A stretch of DNA of 64,000 nt from Chitinivibrionales bacterium (GCA_038247415.1 JBBRUX010000009.1:35498-99497); one strand, 5' to 3'. Positions 46,763 to 57,374 are shown, numbered from the stretch's first letter. Translations and numbers: made by a program. Notes: a model not told the origin generated them from the sequence alone.

Positions 46763-48508
46763 TTACTCTTTCCCCGTGAGAGTTAGTACAAGGTTTTCTA
46801 ATTGTCGCAGATCGTACTGTGGTGGAAGAAATCGGGCTTTGGCAAGAAATGGTGCCGATTTGAGAGACGATTCTTCTGAGGTGATGATAATAAGTGGTAC
46901 GTGCATGCTCTCATCGGAATCGCTTGCCTTTGCCCCCTTGGCGATGGTTGCGGTAAACGGCATAATTACATCTGATGAAACTTCATCAAAGATCGTAATT
47001 ATTATGCAATCGTAAAGGCTATCGTATTCCGAATGAGATGTAGTATGTGCAAGGGCAGTCGTGTTCATTCCGCAGGTTGCAAGGTATACAAGCGGGGCAT
47101 TGTGTAGCGAAAACCCGCTATTAAATACCCCAATTGCAAGTGCTTCGTCAAGGTTTTGTTTTTGATCTGGTCCGGCGCCTTTATCATCGAGGCGCAGAAG
47201 CTGCTTGAAAAGATTGAGTTCGTGCATTGATGCATCGATAAAATCTTTCCCAAAACCGCTTGTTAGTTTACTTTCCTGAAATTTCCACGGCTCAATACGC
47301 CCCACAACCTGATCGCATTCGCTGCCTAAAGCCATTGTTTTAACCAGCGTATCAGACAAGTGAACGCACAGCGCATAGCGTTTGCCATTGGTATCGAAAT
47401 GATCCTGATACGATTGAATGGTATATTGGTTATAGATGCCTTCTATGAGTGGCGACGGGAGTTTCCACTCTTCAAAGAGCCGTTTGATAATATCGTTGTG
47501 GTGTATTCCAAAAAGACCAATTTCAGCATCTATAAAGCTTATTCCCGTATCGGTAGCTTTTTCTAGAGATGCTTTAAATATGGTTGGAAAAAATTCGTCA
47601 AGGATAATGATGCCAAAATCATGTAGTAAACCAGCAAGATACGCTTCTTCAACCGAAATCGATCCCATTCGTCGGGCAGTGTTTTCTGCAAAAACTCCAG
47701 TAGCAAGCGAATGATACCAAAATGAGGATCGGTCGAATCCCATAGAATTAGTATCTGAAGAGAACAGTTTCATTACCGACATGCCCGTTACAAGGCGCTT
47801 GGTTTCGCGAAATCCAATGCGGATGATTGCGTCTTTTATTGAATTGATCTTTCGATGTGCAGTAGCAAAAAAAACGGTGTTAGATACCTTGAGAATGCTT
47901 GTTGTTATTATGGGATCTGCTTCTATAACTTTAGCCAGATCGGCAGCACTCGATGTTTCACTTTCGGTAAGTTGCATCACTTTCGCAACAGTAAATGGAA
48001 ACGCAAGAAGCTTCGATACGTGCTTGACTATAAGGTCAATTTTCTTTTCGGGGAGCGTTTGCGGATCGGAAATAAGAGCAAGGTCTGCTTCTTTATCACT
48101 CAGAGTTGATTTTGCATCAATGCTTTTGTTATAGGTTTTGGCAATTTTCTGAATGAGCGTTATTATTGCGCTAAATTTAAGAGGCCGTGGAAAATAGTGG
48201 TTTACCCCTTTTTCGCTCATTCCTCTGAGTATCGATTCCGCAATTGTTTCCCCATAACCCATGATGCACGTTTTGCGTGTTGTGCGATGTTTACGAATTA
48301 AACTTGCAAAATGGAGTTCATCCATGCAAACACGAGGTAATTCGATCAGAATGAAATCGGGGCAATATTGGATTGCTTTGAGGTAATTGGCGTAGGTTGG
48401 TGTTGATACGACTAAATTTATGCCGGTATGCTCAAAACCAGCCTTCAGAATTTGGCGTTCACGTTCATTACCAACAATTAACAAGAGATTTATCATACAA
48501 ACTGCCAA
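46763..48508 (-). CDS. HDOD-domain protein flanked by degenerate receiver domains
   Basis: DPIITTSILKVSN, FWYHS, AGLLHDFG, WKLP; N-terminal PDFILIE; start probably MINLLL. Confidence 0.88.
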   Translation of the reverse strand: MAVCMINLLLIVGNERERQILKAGFEHTGINLVVSTPTYANYLKAIQYCPDFILIELPRVCMDELHFASLIRKHRTTRKTCIMGYGETIAESILRGMSEKGVNHYFPRPLKFSAIITLIQKIAKTYNKSIDAKSTLSDKEADLALISDPQTLPEKKIDLIVKHVSKLLAFPFTVAKVMQLTESETSSAADLAKVIEADPIITTSILKVSNTVFFATAHRKINSIKDAIIRIGFRETKRLVTGMSVMKLFSSDTNSMGFDRSSFWYHSLATGVFAENTARRMGSISVEEAYLAGLLHDFGIIILDEFFPTIFKASLEKATDTGISFIDAEIGLFGIHHNDIIKRLFEEWKLPSPLIEGIYNQYTIQSYQDHFDTNGKRYALCVHLSDTLVKTMALGSECDQVVGRIEPWKFQESKLTSGFGKDFIDASMHELNLFKQLLRLDDKGAGPDQKQNLDEALAIGVFNSGFSLHNAPLVYLATCGMNTTALAHTTSHSEYDSLYDCIIITIFDEVSSDVIMPFTATIAKGAKASDSDESMHVPLIIITSEESSLKSAPFLAKARFLPPQYDLRQLENLVLTLTGKE

Positions 48509-48587
48509 ATTTTGTTCTTAGCACGGTCGAGAGGTTACAGTAATTTCTTGCTAATTATAATGTTTAGGAGTGTGTGGTGCAATAGAT

Positions 48588-49379
48588 TTAATCGACCACC
48601 GGCACCGTATCCCAGGCTATAAGAGGTATTATTTCATCAAAAACAATAGAGTTTGCTACAATAACACCGGTTGAATCTAAGGTGAGTTCGTGTCCGTTTC
48701 GCTCTGCGGTTTTACCACCAGCTTCTTCTACAATTAATTTACCAGCCGCATAGTCCCAAGGGGCAAGACGATATTCAAAATAGGCATCAAAACGTCCACA
48801 AGCCACCCATGCAAGATCGAGCGCCGCGCCTCCGGTCCTGCGAAGATCACGGATACCGGTATCGAAAAGGATCCGCGAGGCAGCCAATGTTTTATGAATA
48901 AGTAGTCCTCTGTCGTAATAAAAACCGGTAACAACAAGTGCTTCTTGCAACGGTCGAGATGAGACCTTTATGGGAGAACCGTTTTTAGTAGCGCCCTGCC
49001 CTCGCTTGGCCACGAAGAGCTCGTTGCGCATGGGATCAAAAACTACGCCAGCTTCAATTATCCCTTTGTGAACATAGGCGATGGATGTGCTATAATGGGG
49101 AATGCCATGAGCGTAATTGTTTGTTCCGTCAAGCGGATCTACAACCCATAAATGCTCTGCGTCGATGGTTTGGGTGCTATGGAGTTCCTCTGCAAGAATT
49201 TTGTGAGTGGGAAAAGCTTCTAAAATGATTGAAGCAATGGCTTTTTCTGCCGCTACATCAGCTTCAGTTACCAAGTTGTTGAGTGCTTTATGAGAAATTG
49301 CAGCTTTTTCAAAGAGATTATGCGTAATGCTGCCGGCGGTTTGAGCAGCTTTAAGAGCTACCGAGATAATTTCAGACAT
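48588..49379 (-). CDS. suhB: Inositol monophosphatase
   Basis: VTEAD, WVVDPLDGTNNY, LAWVACGR, PWDYAAG. Confidence 0.93.
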   Translation of the reverse strand: MSEIISVALKAAQTAGSITHNLFEKAAISHKALNNLVTEADVAAEKAIASIILEAFPTHKILAEELHSTQTIDAEHLWVVDPLDGTNNYAHGIPHYSTSIAYVHKGIIEAGVVFDPMRNELFVAKRGQGATKNGSPIKVSSRPLQEALVVTGFYYDRGLLIHKTLAASRILFDTGIRDLRRTGGAALDLAWVACGRFDAYFEYRLAPWDYAAGKLIVEEAGGKTAERNGHELTLDSTGVIVANSIVFDEIIPLIAWDTVPVVD

Positions 49380-49478
49380 GAAGAACTTCCCACTAGGTAT
49401 AAAAAAGATTAAAAATAGCTTCTGGCAAAAGAATCGAGATTGTTAGAGAATCGGCGACCATCGTTTTATATTAGATGT

Positions 49479-50084
49479 ATGGAATCTTTTAGACATATAG
49501 GTCGACCACTCATTTTAGCATCGCAATCACCTCGTCGCCAGCAGATTTTGGAGCAGATGGGTTTTCGATTTTCGGTGATTCCGCCCACAATAGGCGATGA
49601 ATCTGCTTACATAGATTCACGGGATCTGAGCACATCGCTGCGCAGATTGGCGACCGCTAAAGCTAATTCCATTGCCGTTAGGCATGGAGGCGATCTGGTT
49701 CTGGGGTCTGATACTATTGTTGTTCTTGATAACCGGATAATGGGCAAGCCTGTTGACAAAGACGATGCCCAGCACATGCTCGAATCTCTCTGCGGTAAAA
49801 CGCACACGGTACTTTCTGCTGTGGCACTTGTGTGTAGGGAGACTTCTTTTGAATTGGCAGTAACGGTTGCAACCGATGTCACTTTTCGGTTTGCAGCGCC
49901 TGTTGAAATAGATGAATACCTCACGCATGGTGAGTATGCAGATAAAGCTGGGGCTTATGCAATACAAGGTCGCGCAATGACATTTGTAGAGCGAATAGCA
50001 GGTTGTTTTTATAATGTCATGGGACTACCCATGAGCGCAACGATTGATCTTTTTTCTGCCTTTTTAAAGGCCAAGGGGAGCTAG
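49479..50084 (+). CDS. maf: Maf-family nucleoside triphosphate pyrophosphatase
   Basis: LILASQSPRR, GSDTIV, GKP, DKAGAYAIQG, NVMGLP. Confidence 0.95.
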   Translation: MESFRHIGRPLILASQSPRRQQILEQMGFRFSVIPPTIGDESAYIDSRDLSTSLRRLATAKANSIAVRHGGDLVLGSDTIVVLDNRIMGKPVDKDDAQHMLESLCGKTHTVLSAVALVCRETSFELAVTVATDVTFRFAAPVEIDEYLTHGEYADKAGAYAIQGRAMTFVERIAGCFYNVMGLPMSATIDLFSAFLKAKGS

Positions 50085-50087
50085 GGG

Positions 50088-51056
50088 ATGACAGAGACAC
50101 ACGACGCAGACAAGCCTAATGAGGTCATAGAGCAGCCCATTGAATCAGTTGGAGATATCCTTCGTAAAGAAAGAATCACGAGGCGCATTGCCGTTGAAAC
50201 AATTGCAAAAGACCTTCGTCTTAATGTTAAGTATATCAAGTCAATCGAATCGAATCAGTACCACGAATTACCAGCAGATCCATATGTTAGGGTGTACCTG
50301 CGGTCGATAGCAAAATATCTTTTGTTAAGCCCTGAGGAAATACTCAAAAAATATTATGCTCAACAGGGTATTGTGCAGGAAAAAAGCCCACGCGACAATT
50401 TAACGCGCAGCCTTTTGCAGCCCGAAACAACACCTATTTCCGATAAACCACCTCTTTCGTGGCAGCTTATTGTTGCGATTATTGTCGGCATACTTATTCT
50501 GCTTATTGTAGCAGGAAAAATGGGTTGCATTACAACCTCAGCTCCAGACCAAACGGGCTCTGCTGGGCAGGATACCGTTAAAAATGCTTTTGCAGCCGAC
50601 CCAATGGCCGATTCTATTGCGGCAAAAAATGCTGCAGCAGCTGCTGGTGAAGTGCGAGCCGATTCGGTTCGTAAAGATTCTTTGGCAAAAGCCACTGCAG
50701 CAGTTGTACCGGTAGCAAAGCCAGTTCCTCCTCCTGTATCCAGCGGACTTATTACTGCTGGAAACAAACTCTCCCTTGTCATTAAGGTTCCTAAAGATTC
50801 AGTATGGGTGCAAGTCTTTTCGGATGGTGTATCATGGAAGAAAACCTTGCATGGACCCACCAGTAAATATTTTGAGGCCAAAGATAGTCTTAATGTTCAT
50901 GTTGGAAATAATGGGGTTGTAGAATATGTTGTCAATGGGAAAATGTTCAGGGATTATTCCGACAAAGGCATTGCGATTTTCAAACTTGCTCCTAATACGC
51001 CTCCTGTTCGGTGGAATCTTGAAACGTGGAAGAGCGTATTCGCTAATCGAATGTAA
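50088..51056 (+). CDS. rodZ: RodZ-like HTH-TM-DUF4115 protein
   Basis: VGDILRKER..IESN..LP..YVRVYLRSIAKYL; TM; SVWVQVFSDG..VGN. Confidence 0.85.
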   Translation: MTETHDADKPNEVIEQPIESVGDILRKERITRRIAVETIAKDLRLNVKYIKSIESNQYHELPADPYVRVYLRSIAKYLLLSPEEILKKYYAQQGIVQEKSPRDNLTRSLLQPETTPISDKPPLSWQLIVAIIVGILILLIVAGKMGCITTSAPDQTGSAGQDTVKNAFAADPMADSIAAKNAAAAAGEVRADSVRKDSLAKATAAVVPVAKPVPPPVSSGLITAGNKLSLVIKVPKDSVWVQVFSDGVSWKKTLHGPTSKYFEAKDSLNVHVGNNGVVEYVVNGKMFRDYSDKGIAIFKLAPNTPPVRWNLETWKSVFANRM

Positions 51057-51061
51057 ATGCT

Positions 51062-51847
51062 ATGTGGATTGATGTTCATGCACATCTTTCTTCACAGTAT
51101 CAACAAGATCTTGATGCCGTTTGTTCCCGTGCCAGCGCTGCTGGTGTAGCATATATTCTGTCTACTGCTACAGACCTTGCTTCATCGTGTGAAGTAGCCA
51201 TTCAAGCCACTCAAAAAGAGATGCTCTTTGCTGCGGTGGGTATATCTCCCTACGATGCTGCATCAGTTGATGAAAGCATCTACGAAAAAATTCTTACGCT
51301 TGCACAATCCTCCCGGGTAGTTGGCATTGGTGAAATAGGGCTCGATCGGACAAATCCATCATATCCCGATTCAACACTACAGAAGAGGGCGTTTTCTCGG
51401 TTTCTTGAAATCGCACGCATTGTCAATAAACCTGCAATCATTCATTCTCGCGGTTGCGAGGAAGAATGTGTTCAGATGTGCAAGGATGCGGGTGTCCAAA
51501 AAGCGCTTTTCCATTGCTTTACAGGTTCCCTCACGGCACTTGGCATGCTTGCCGATGCGGGCTATCATGTTTCATATTCGGGAATTGCAACATTTAAGTC
51601 GAAACCTTTAGACACACTTATTCTCCAAACGCCTTTAGGCTGCATGCATATCGAGACCGATTCGCCCTATCTTGCTCCTCATCCTTTACGGGGCAGTGTC
51701 AATAGTCCTGCCAATGTTGGAATTATTGGAGATTATAGTGCTACGGTTTTGGGAATGTCGCCTCAAGAATTGCAAGCGCAGTTGCTCAAGAATTTTGTTC
51801 AGCTCTTTGGAGTGAGGGATGATTATGGAAAATTATTCGGCGCTTAA
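51062..51847 (+). CDS. tatD: TatD-family hydrolase
   Basis: IDVHAHL, GEIGLD, IIHSR, FHCF, ETDSPYLAP. Confidence 0.93.
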   Translation: MWIDVHAHLSSQYQQDLDAVCSRASAAGVAYILSTATDLASSCEVAIQATQKEMLFAAVGISPYDAASVDESIYEKILTLAQSSRVVGIGEIGLDRTNPSYPDSTLQKRAFSRFLEIARIVNKPAIIHSRGCEEECVQMCKDAGVQKALFHCFTGSLTALGMLADAGYHVSYSGIATFKSKPLDTLILQTPLGCMHIETDSPYLAPHPLRGSVNSPANVGIIGDYSATVLGMSPQELQAQLLKNFVQLFGVRDDYGKLFGA

Positions 51848-51971
51848 GAGGCGTGGTTGCATATTTTTGCCACAGAAAATTCGATATGCGTATCCCCGAT
51901 GCTATTTTATATGATACAATGTGTATGATGATGTTTACATGTCTATGAACAATATAAATGGGGTAGAGGCA

Positions 51972-52106
51972 ATGCTGATAGTATTCATAGTGTGTGCTGT
52001 TTTTGGAGTCTTAACAATTGCAATACATGTGGTATTGGAGCTTAACAAGCTCTCTGCAATAGTCGATCGCGAAACCGATACAATAAGGAAGCACTATGAA
52101 TCGTGA
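51972..52106 (+). CDS. Small single-TM protein upstream of hisC
   Basis: GAGG RBS then MLIVFIVCAVFGVLTIAIHVVL; overlaps hisC start by 11 nt. Confidence 0.5.
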   Translation: MLIVFIVCAVFGVLTIAIHVVLELNKLSAIVDRETDTIRKHYES

Positions 52107-53172
52107 TGATGCCAAGCGTCAAATCCGGTCTGAGGTAACAGCGCTTAAGGCGTATCACCTCGAACCCGAAGATAGTGTAATAAAACTTAATCAGAACGAG
52201 AATCCTTTTGATTGGCCACTAGAAGTCAAAGAGGAGTTTGGTCGTTTTTGTATAAAACACCCCTGGAATCGGTATCCAACTTTTATTCCCGATACCCTGC
52301 TAGAAGGTTTGGCAAACTACGCCGGTGTTTCTCACGAGCAGGTTTTGGTAGGCAATGGATCAAATGAAATGCTTTTGGTTCTGCTGCTATCGCTTATAGA
52401 AAAAGGCCGTGATGCAATTATTATACAGCCTGCCTTTACTGTCTATGGGCTTTTGGTGAAAGGGCTTGGAGGCAACGTTCACGAAGTTTTGCTTAATGAG
52501 GATCTTTCGTTTAATGCAGATCGGATTGCCGCGGCATGTGCTTCTGTAAAGAACTCTCTTTTGATCTTGACATCGCCTAATAATCCAACGGGATCTGTAT
52601 TGACAGAAGCTGAAATCAGGAAAATTTTAGATGCGCATACGGGTGTTGCCATCCTCGATCAGGCATACATCGAGTTTGGTGGCTATAATGCAATTCCGCT
52701 TTTGGCGGAATATCCAAACCTGATTATTACCCGAACATTTTCAAAAGCAATGGCAGGCGCTGGATTGCGGATTGGGTATATGCTGGGGGATGCATCCATG
52801 ATCGCTCAATTTAAAAAAATCAAGCTGCCCTATAATATCAATAGCTTCTCCGAACACTGTGCTCTGTTAATGCTTACCTATCAAGATCGTATTGCCACAC
52901 AATGTGCCTTGTTATCGAACGAGCGCGATAGCCTTTTTGGTTTTTGTAAAGCATTGCCATTCGATACGTGCTATCAAAGCGGAGCAAATTTTTTTCTTGT
53001 GCGTTTAACGCGCACGTCGGATCTCTTTGAGTTTTTAAAACGTAAAGGAGTTCTTGTTCGTGATGTTTCTACCTATCCAATGCTTGATGGTTGTTTACGG
53101 ATTAGTGTTGGAACGCCCGAAGAAAACGCTGTGTTAAAGAGGGTTCTAGCTGATTTTTTTGCGCAAAAATAA
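52096..53172 (+). CDS. hisC: Histidinol-phosphate aminotransferase
   Basis: KLNQNENP, NRYP, GNGSNE, SPNNPTG, DQAY, RTFSKAMAGAGLRIGY. Confidence 0.95.
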   Translation: MNRDDAKRQIRSEVTALKAYHLEPEDSVIKLNQNENPFDWPLEVKEEFGRFCIKHPWNRYPTFIPDTLLEGLANYAGVSHEQVLVGNGSNEMLLVLLLSLIEKGRDAIIIQPAFTVYGLLVKGLGGNVHEVLLNEDLSFNADRIAAACASVKNSLLILTSPNNPTGSVLTEAEIRKILDAHTGVAILDQAYIEFGGYNAIPLLAEYPNLIITRTFSKAMAGAGLRIGYMLGDASMIAQFKKIKLPYNINSFSEHCALLMLTYQDRIATQCALLSNERDSLFGFCKALPFDTCYQSGANFFLVRLTRTSDLFEFLKRKGVLVRDVSTYPMLDGCLRISVGTPEENAVLKRVLADFFAQK

Positions 53173-53199
53173 CCTATTTAGGCAATTAAAGGACTATCT

Positions 53200-53793
53200 A
53201 TGGAACGAAAAGCATCGGTATCGCGCACAACCAAAGAAACCGATATTACGGTATCGGTTGATCTGGATGGTACTGGACAATCATCTATTCAGACTGGTAA
53301 TGGTTTTTTTGATCACATGATGGTGCTTTTTACCCGGCATGGTCTTTTTGATATTTCTATCGCATGTGCTGGTGATACACATATCGATTTTCATCATAGT
53401 GTAGAAGATATCGGTATTTGCCTTGGTCAAGCATTTGCACAAGCACTGGGCAATGGTGCGGGAATTATCCGGTATGGGACAGCGTATCTGCCGATGGACG
53501 AATCTTTGGCACGAGTGTGCTGTGATATTTGCGGACGATCAAATCTTGTGTATCATGTTGCGTTGACTGATAGAAAAATTAGTGATTTCGACTGCGATCT
53601 AGCAGAAGATTTCCTTAAGGCATTTTCGGATAATGCACGCATAACGCTCCATGTAGATCTTCTTCGCGGTCGCAATAGTCATCATTCGCTCGAGGCTGTA
53701 TTCAAGGGTTTTGCGCGCGCGCTTTCCTGTGCAGTCTCTATTAATCCGCGTGGCGCTACGGCTATACCGAGCACAAAGGGCCTCCTTCTGTGA
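53200..53793 (+). CDS. hisB: Imidazoleglycerol-phosphate dehydratase
   Basis: RTTKETDI, FFDHM, HHSVED, PMDESL, NSHHSLEA, STKG. Confidence 0.97.
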   Translation: MERKASVSRTTKETDITVSVDLDGTGQSSIQTGNGFFDHMMVLFTRHGLFDISIACAGDTHIDFHHSVEDIGICLGQAFAQALGNGAGIIRYGTAYLPMDESLARVCCDICGRSNLVYHVALTDRKISDFDCDLAEDFLKAFSDNARITLHVDLLRGRNSHHSLEAVFKGFARALSCAVSINPRGATAIPSTKGLLL

Positions 53794-54884
53794 TTCGAAT
53801 GGTGTATATCTGTTTCTTAATGTTAGCGTGCCCGCTTGCTGTCACCTATTCGTGGGAATTGCGTAAAGTGAATAGTTCCGACTACGATTATTTGCGCATG
53901 GTCCCAAGCCCCAAAAAATTGCTTGGAATGGCTCATTTTCCGCGCTGCTATACTGCCCAGGTAACCTTGGGAGGCGCAGTTGGCGCAGAAGTGAAGGCAA
54001 GTTTGCTGGCAATGAAGCTTCCGCCTCCCGTGTTTTCGGAAATACTCGATGAAAAGGGTGTTATAAGATTATCAATTGCTAATAAGGAATATCCTCTCGT
54101 AACGCGTGATCTTGTTTCTGGTATTGTAAATCCTGGACAAATGATAGATGTGATCCTGTCCTCGCTTCTGCGGTATCACAGTGCCGATGATATTCGTCAG
54201 TTAGCTTCGGAGACTACGATTAAAAAAAATGTTACGGTTCTTGATAACCGTCCGGTTTTTACTTTGTTCTTATCGCCGGTTGGTACCCGATTTGCCTACC
54301 GGTGGGACGACATGGGGGCCTTTGTTCACGAGAGCTGGCTTACAAGCGCAATGCTTACCATCGATACGAGCACGTATGTTGTCTATGAAATATCGGGGCG
54401 TAAATATAGCAGAACTTTTAGCGTGGATGCTTCGGAAAAACCACCCCTCGACTCGGCAGACGTTCGCTATACAATAACCTACGATACCGCATCAGGGCTC
54501 TTGCCACTTTCTCTGACTGTCAGAGAGAATAAATCCGAAAAATTAAAAATTGTTGTTACCTATCGCCCCGAAAACGGCGCTACGGTTTTTAATTCTCGAA
54601 GCATTATATATGCATTACCAAATGGATCCAAAACCGAACTTTCTCTTTACTATGGTTTATATACAATGTCCCTTTTTGGAAAACCAGATCTGGATAATCC
54701 CATTCAATCGGGCTATATGAAAAAATTGGGCGGTGCAGCAACCCTAGCCCGAAAGGCTACCGATTGTTTGTCCCTAGGTGATATTTCGGCTGCGGCACGG
54801 GTATTTAAGCGACTCTCGCAGGAATATCCTTCTACTCCGCAAGGGATAGAGGCAGCCAGGCTTTTGCAGAATTTGCCCCGGTAG
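53790..54884 (+). CDS. Secreted hypothetical protein with C-terminal TPR-like helices
   Basis: GTGA overlap with hisB; signal peptide; GDISAAARVFKRLSQEYPST. Confidence 0.75.
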   Translation: MIRMVYICFLMLACPLAVTYSWELRKVNSSDYDYLRMVPSPKKLLGMAHFPRCYTAQVTLGGAVGAEVKASLLAMKLPPPVFSEILDEKGVIRLSIANKEYPLVTRDLVSGIVNPGQMIDVILSSLLRYHSADDIRQLASETTIKKNVTVLDNRPVFTLFLSPVGTRFAYRWDDMGAFVHESWLTSAMLTIDTSTYVVYEISGRKYSRTFSVDASEKPPLDSADVRYTITYDTASGLLPLSLTVRENKSEKLKIVVTYRPENGATVFNSRSIIYALPNGSKTELSLYYGLYTMSLFGKPDLDNPIQSGYMKKLGGAATLARKATDCLSLGDISAAARVFKRLSQEYPSTPQGIEAARLLQNLPR

Positions 54885-55020
54885 TTTGTAGTGGAGAATC
54901 TTTTGCATACATCATTTCATTAAAATCATGGTGTTTTTAATGGTCAGATTGTAATTTTTATTAATATGACTCTGTATCGTAACTAGTTTGCTTAACGATT
55001 CTTTTAAAACAGGAGAAGCT

Positions 55021-55929
55021 ATGCTTCGAAACCGTGTGGTTGTATTGACAAGTGTTGCGCTGGCATGTTTCCTTGGTGGTTGTGGAAAAAAAGACCAGCC
55101 TGTTATTAATAAAAAAGTTCCTCAGATCAAGCAAACGGCAGCTTCTCAAAAAGCAAGTGGTCAAAAAGAAGACGATATCTTTAACGAATTTTATGACGAG
55201 GGAAAGCCGGGCGCATCCAAAAAAAATGCACGCGACGATTCTAAAGAAACCTTCTCGACCAAGCCTTTTAAATCAACAAAAAATAGCAGCGCTTCAACGA
55301 CTATGTCGTCTGTTTCGTTTTCGGAAAATGGCACGTATGTTATTCAAATTTCGTGTGTAAAATCTAGGACTTTTGCAAATAATTTGGTTGCCCAGCTCAA
55401 GAAAAAAGGGTATCCAGCATATGTATCCGAAGTTGTTGATCCTACGCCGCAATTACCGGGCACCTATTATCGAGTTCGTATTGGCGGCTTTGAAGGGGAA
55501 TCGATTGCACGTGGCTTTGCTAAAAACGAATTGAGTGGCGCCGAATTTTGGGTTGACAAAAAATCTAACGATGCAGTTGGTTTGCGATCTGCGGACATGA
55601 GTGGGTCTTATAATGCATCGTCCTATAGCGAATATGTACCAGCTCCTTCGCAACCTGCGGCTGCACCCGTTGAACAAAGTACAATGTCAACCCCAGAGCC
55701 TATCCCCGCAGCAGTTGCACCAGCCCCAGCACCCGAACCTGTGGCAACATCCGCTGCAACGCCAGAAACTACTCCTACAATAGCTCCAGCTCCAGCAGTA
55801 GCTGAACCTGTAGCACCTGTACCTGCTCCTGCTGCAACTACAACAAATTCTGCGCCACAATCAAATAGTAGTGGAACGCCTGCCAAGAGTGATTGGGGTA
55901 ACGATGATTGGGGTACACCCGCAAAGTAA
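55021..55929 (+). CDS. SPOR-domain lipoprotein with Pro/Ala-rich tail
   Basis: AGGAG RBS, lipobox LGGC, YVIQISC..LKKKGYPAYV..YYRVRIGGF. Confidence 0.88.
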   Translation: MLRNRVVVLTSVALACFLGGCGKKDQPVINKKVPQIKQTAASQKASGQKEDDIFNEFYDEGKPGASKKNARDDSKETFSTKPFKSTKNSSASTTMSSVSFSENGTYVIQISCVKSRTFANNLVAQLKKKGYPAYVSEVVDPTPQLPGTYYRVRIGGFEGESIARGFAKNELSGAEFWVDKKSNDAVGLRSADMSGSYNASSYSEYVPAPSQPAAAPVEQSTMSTPEPIPAAVAPAPAPEPVATSAATPETTPTIAPAPAVAEPVAPVPAPAATTTNSAPQSNSSGTPAKSDWGNDDWGTPAK

Positions 55930-55960
55930 CAAGGCCATGTTTTCTGATAGACTTACAATT

Positions 55961-56001
55961 GGGTTTTGCTTCGGAAACGATGCAAAACCCCTTTTCTTTT
56001 T
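55961..56001 (+). terminator. Intrinsic terminator after SPOR gene
   Basis: GGGTTTTGC..TCG-GAAA-CGA..GCAAAACCC followed by CTTTTCTTTTT. Confidence 0.75.
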
Positions 56002-56015
56002 ATAAAAGAGGAATA

Positions 56016-57305
56016 GTGACACGCACACTTGCATTATGCAATCTTGGTTGCAGCAAAAATATTGTCGATGGTGAGACAATGCTTCAATGGCTCTCAGATG
56101 CTGGGTTTACGCTTGTAGACGATTATGAAACAGCTTCGGTTATTGTTGTTAACACATGCGCATTTATCAAAGAGGCAACACAAGAGGCTGTTACCACAAT
56201 TCTCGAATTTGCAGAGTGCAAAAAAAAAGGAACCTGTTCAACACTTGTGGTTGCGGGTTGTTTTGCAAAACGATACAAGGAGAGCGCAGAGTTTTCGTTG
56301 CCTGAAGTTGATGTGTGGACCGGAGTCGATACCTGGAGAGAAGAACTGTCTGAGTATTTTAAGGTGAGTGCACAACCTACATTTAAGCGGGTACTTACCG
56401 AACCTCATGCAACGCAATACCTTAAAATTGCAGAAGGCTGTTCTCATGGGTGCACGTTTTGCGCAATTCCGGGAATAAAAGGGGGCTATAAGAGCAGGCC
56501 CCTCGGCGATATTATAACAGAAGCGAAATGGCTGGCCTCGGTTGGCGTACAGGAATGCATTCTTGTTGCGCAAGATACCTCATACTATGGGCGAGATTGT
56601 GGCACAAGCCTTGTCAACCTTTTAAAAGCGTTGCTTAAAGAGACAACCTTCCCTTGGATTCGGATGATGTATTTGCATCCCCGATTTGTTGATGATGAAC
56701 TTCTCGATCTCATAGCAGCAGAGCCTCGAATGTGTCGCTACTTTGATATCCCTTTGCAACATAGTTCCCAGCCAATACTCGATGCAATGAAACGAGGCCA
56801 TGCAAAAGAGACCATTAGCATTCTAGTAAATGCCATTCGATCCAGAATGTCCGATGCGGTTATTCGTACTTCGTTTATAGTTGGTTTCCCCGGAGAAACA
56901 GCCGATCAATTTGATGAACTTCTAGAGTGTATACAAGTATGCCGATTTGATAAAGTTGGGGTATTTCCTTTTTCGCCCGAAGAAGGAACAATTGCAAACT
57001 CATTTAAAAAGCGACCACGTACTCAAACGGTTATGCATAGGTCAGAAACCCTTATGGAGATTCAGCGGGAGATTAGCAGCGATATTCAGACTCTAAAAAT
57101 AGGATCGATTCTCGATGTTATTCTTGACGGTGTTAATGATAACCCAGACTATTCTTACAGTGGCCGTACACGAGGGGATGCGCCCGAAGTCGATGGCAAT
57201 GTGCATATTCTCTCGGGGGATGCGGAAGTAGGCGCAATCGTCTCTGTCCGCATTGTTGCTACCGATGATTATGACCTCTTTGGGGAGATTGTTCCACGGT
57301 CATAG
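56016..57305 (+). CDS. rimO: Ribosomal protein S12 methylthiotransferase
   Basis: LGCSKNIVD, NTCAFI, KIAEGCSHGCTFCAIP, DAPEVDG; GTG start after AGAGGA. Confidence 0.95.
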   Translation: MTRTLALCNLGCSKNIVDGETMLQWLSDAGFTLVDDYETASVIVVNTCAFIKEATQEAVTTILEFAECKKKGTCSTLVVAGCFAKRYKESAEFSLPEVDVWTGVDTWREELSEYFKVSAQPTFKRVLTEPHATQYLKIAEGCSHGCTFCAIPGIKGGYKSRPLGDIITEAKWLASVGVQECILVAQDTSYYGRDCGTSLVNLLKALLKETTFPWIRMMYLHPRFVDDELLDLIAAEPRMCRYFDIPLQHSSQPILDAMKRGHAKETISILVNAIRSRMSDAVIRTSFIVGFPGETADQFDELLECIQVCRFDKVGVFPFSPEEGTIANSFKKRPRTQTVMHRSETLMEIQREISSDIQTLKIGSILDVILDGVNDNPDYSYSGRTRGDAPEVDGNVHILSGDAEVGAIVSVRIVATDDYDLFGEIVPRS

Positions 57306-57374
57306 GTGGTTTTAGACCCTCCATAATGTATTTTCTGATCGATTTTATTACGTGATATATTCTTGGGAGTTTTT

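Noticed and set aside
55640..55860. Repetitive GCACC/CCAGC sequence as a DNA repeat array
   Set aside because: Explained by a Pro/Ala-rich linker with varied codons
55908..56015. Extended rimO N-terminus from the ORF track
   Set aside because: Overlaps the SPOR gene end and the terminator; GTG at 56016 has an RBS and matches the family start
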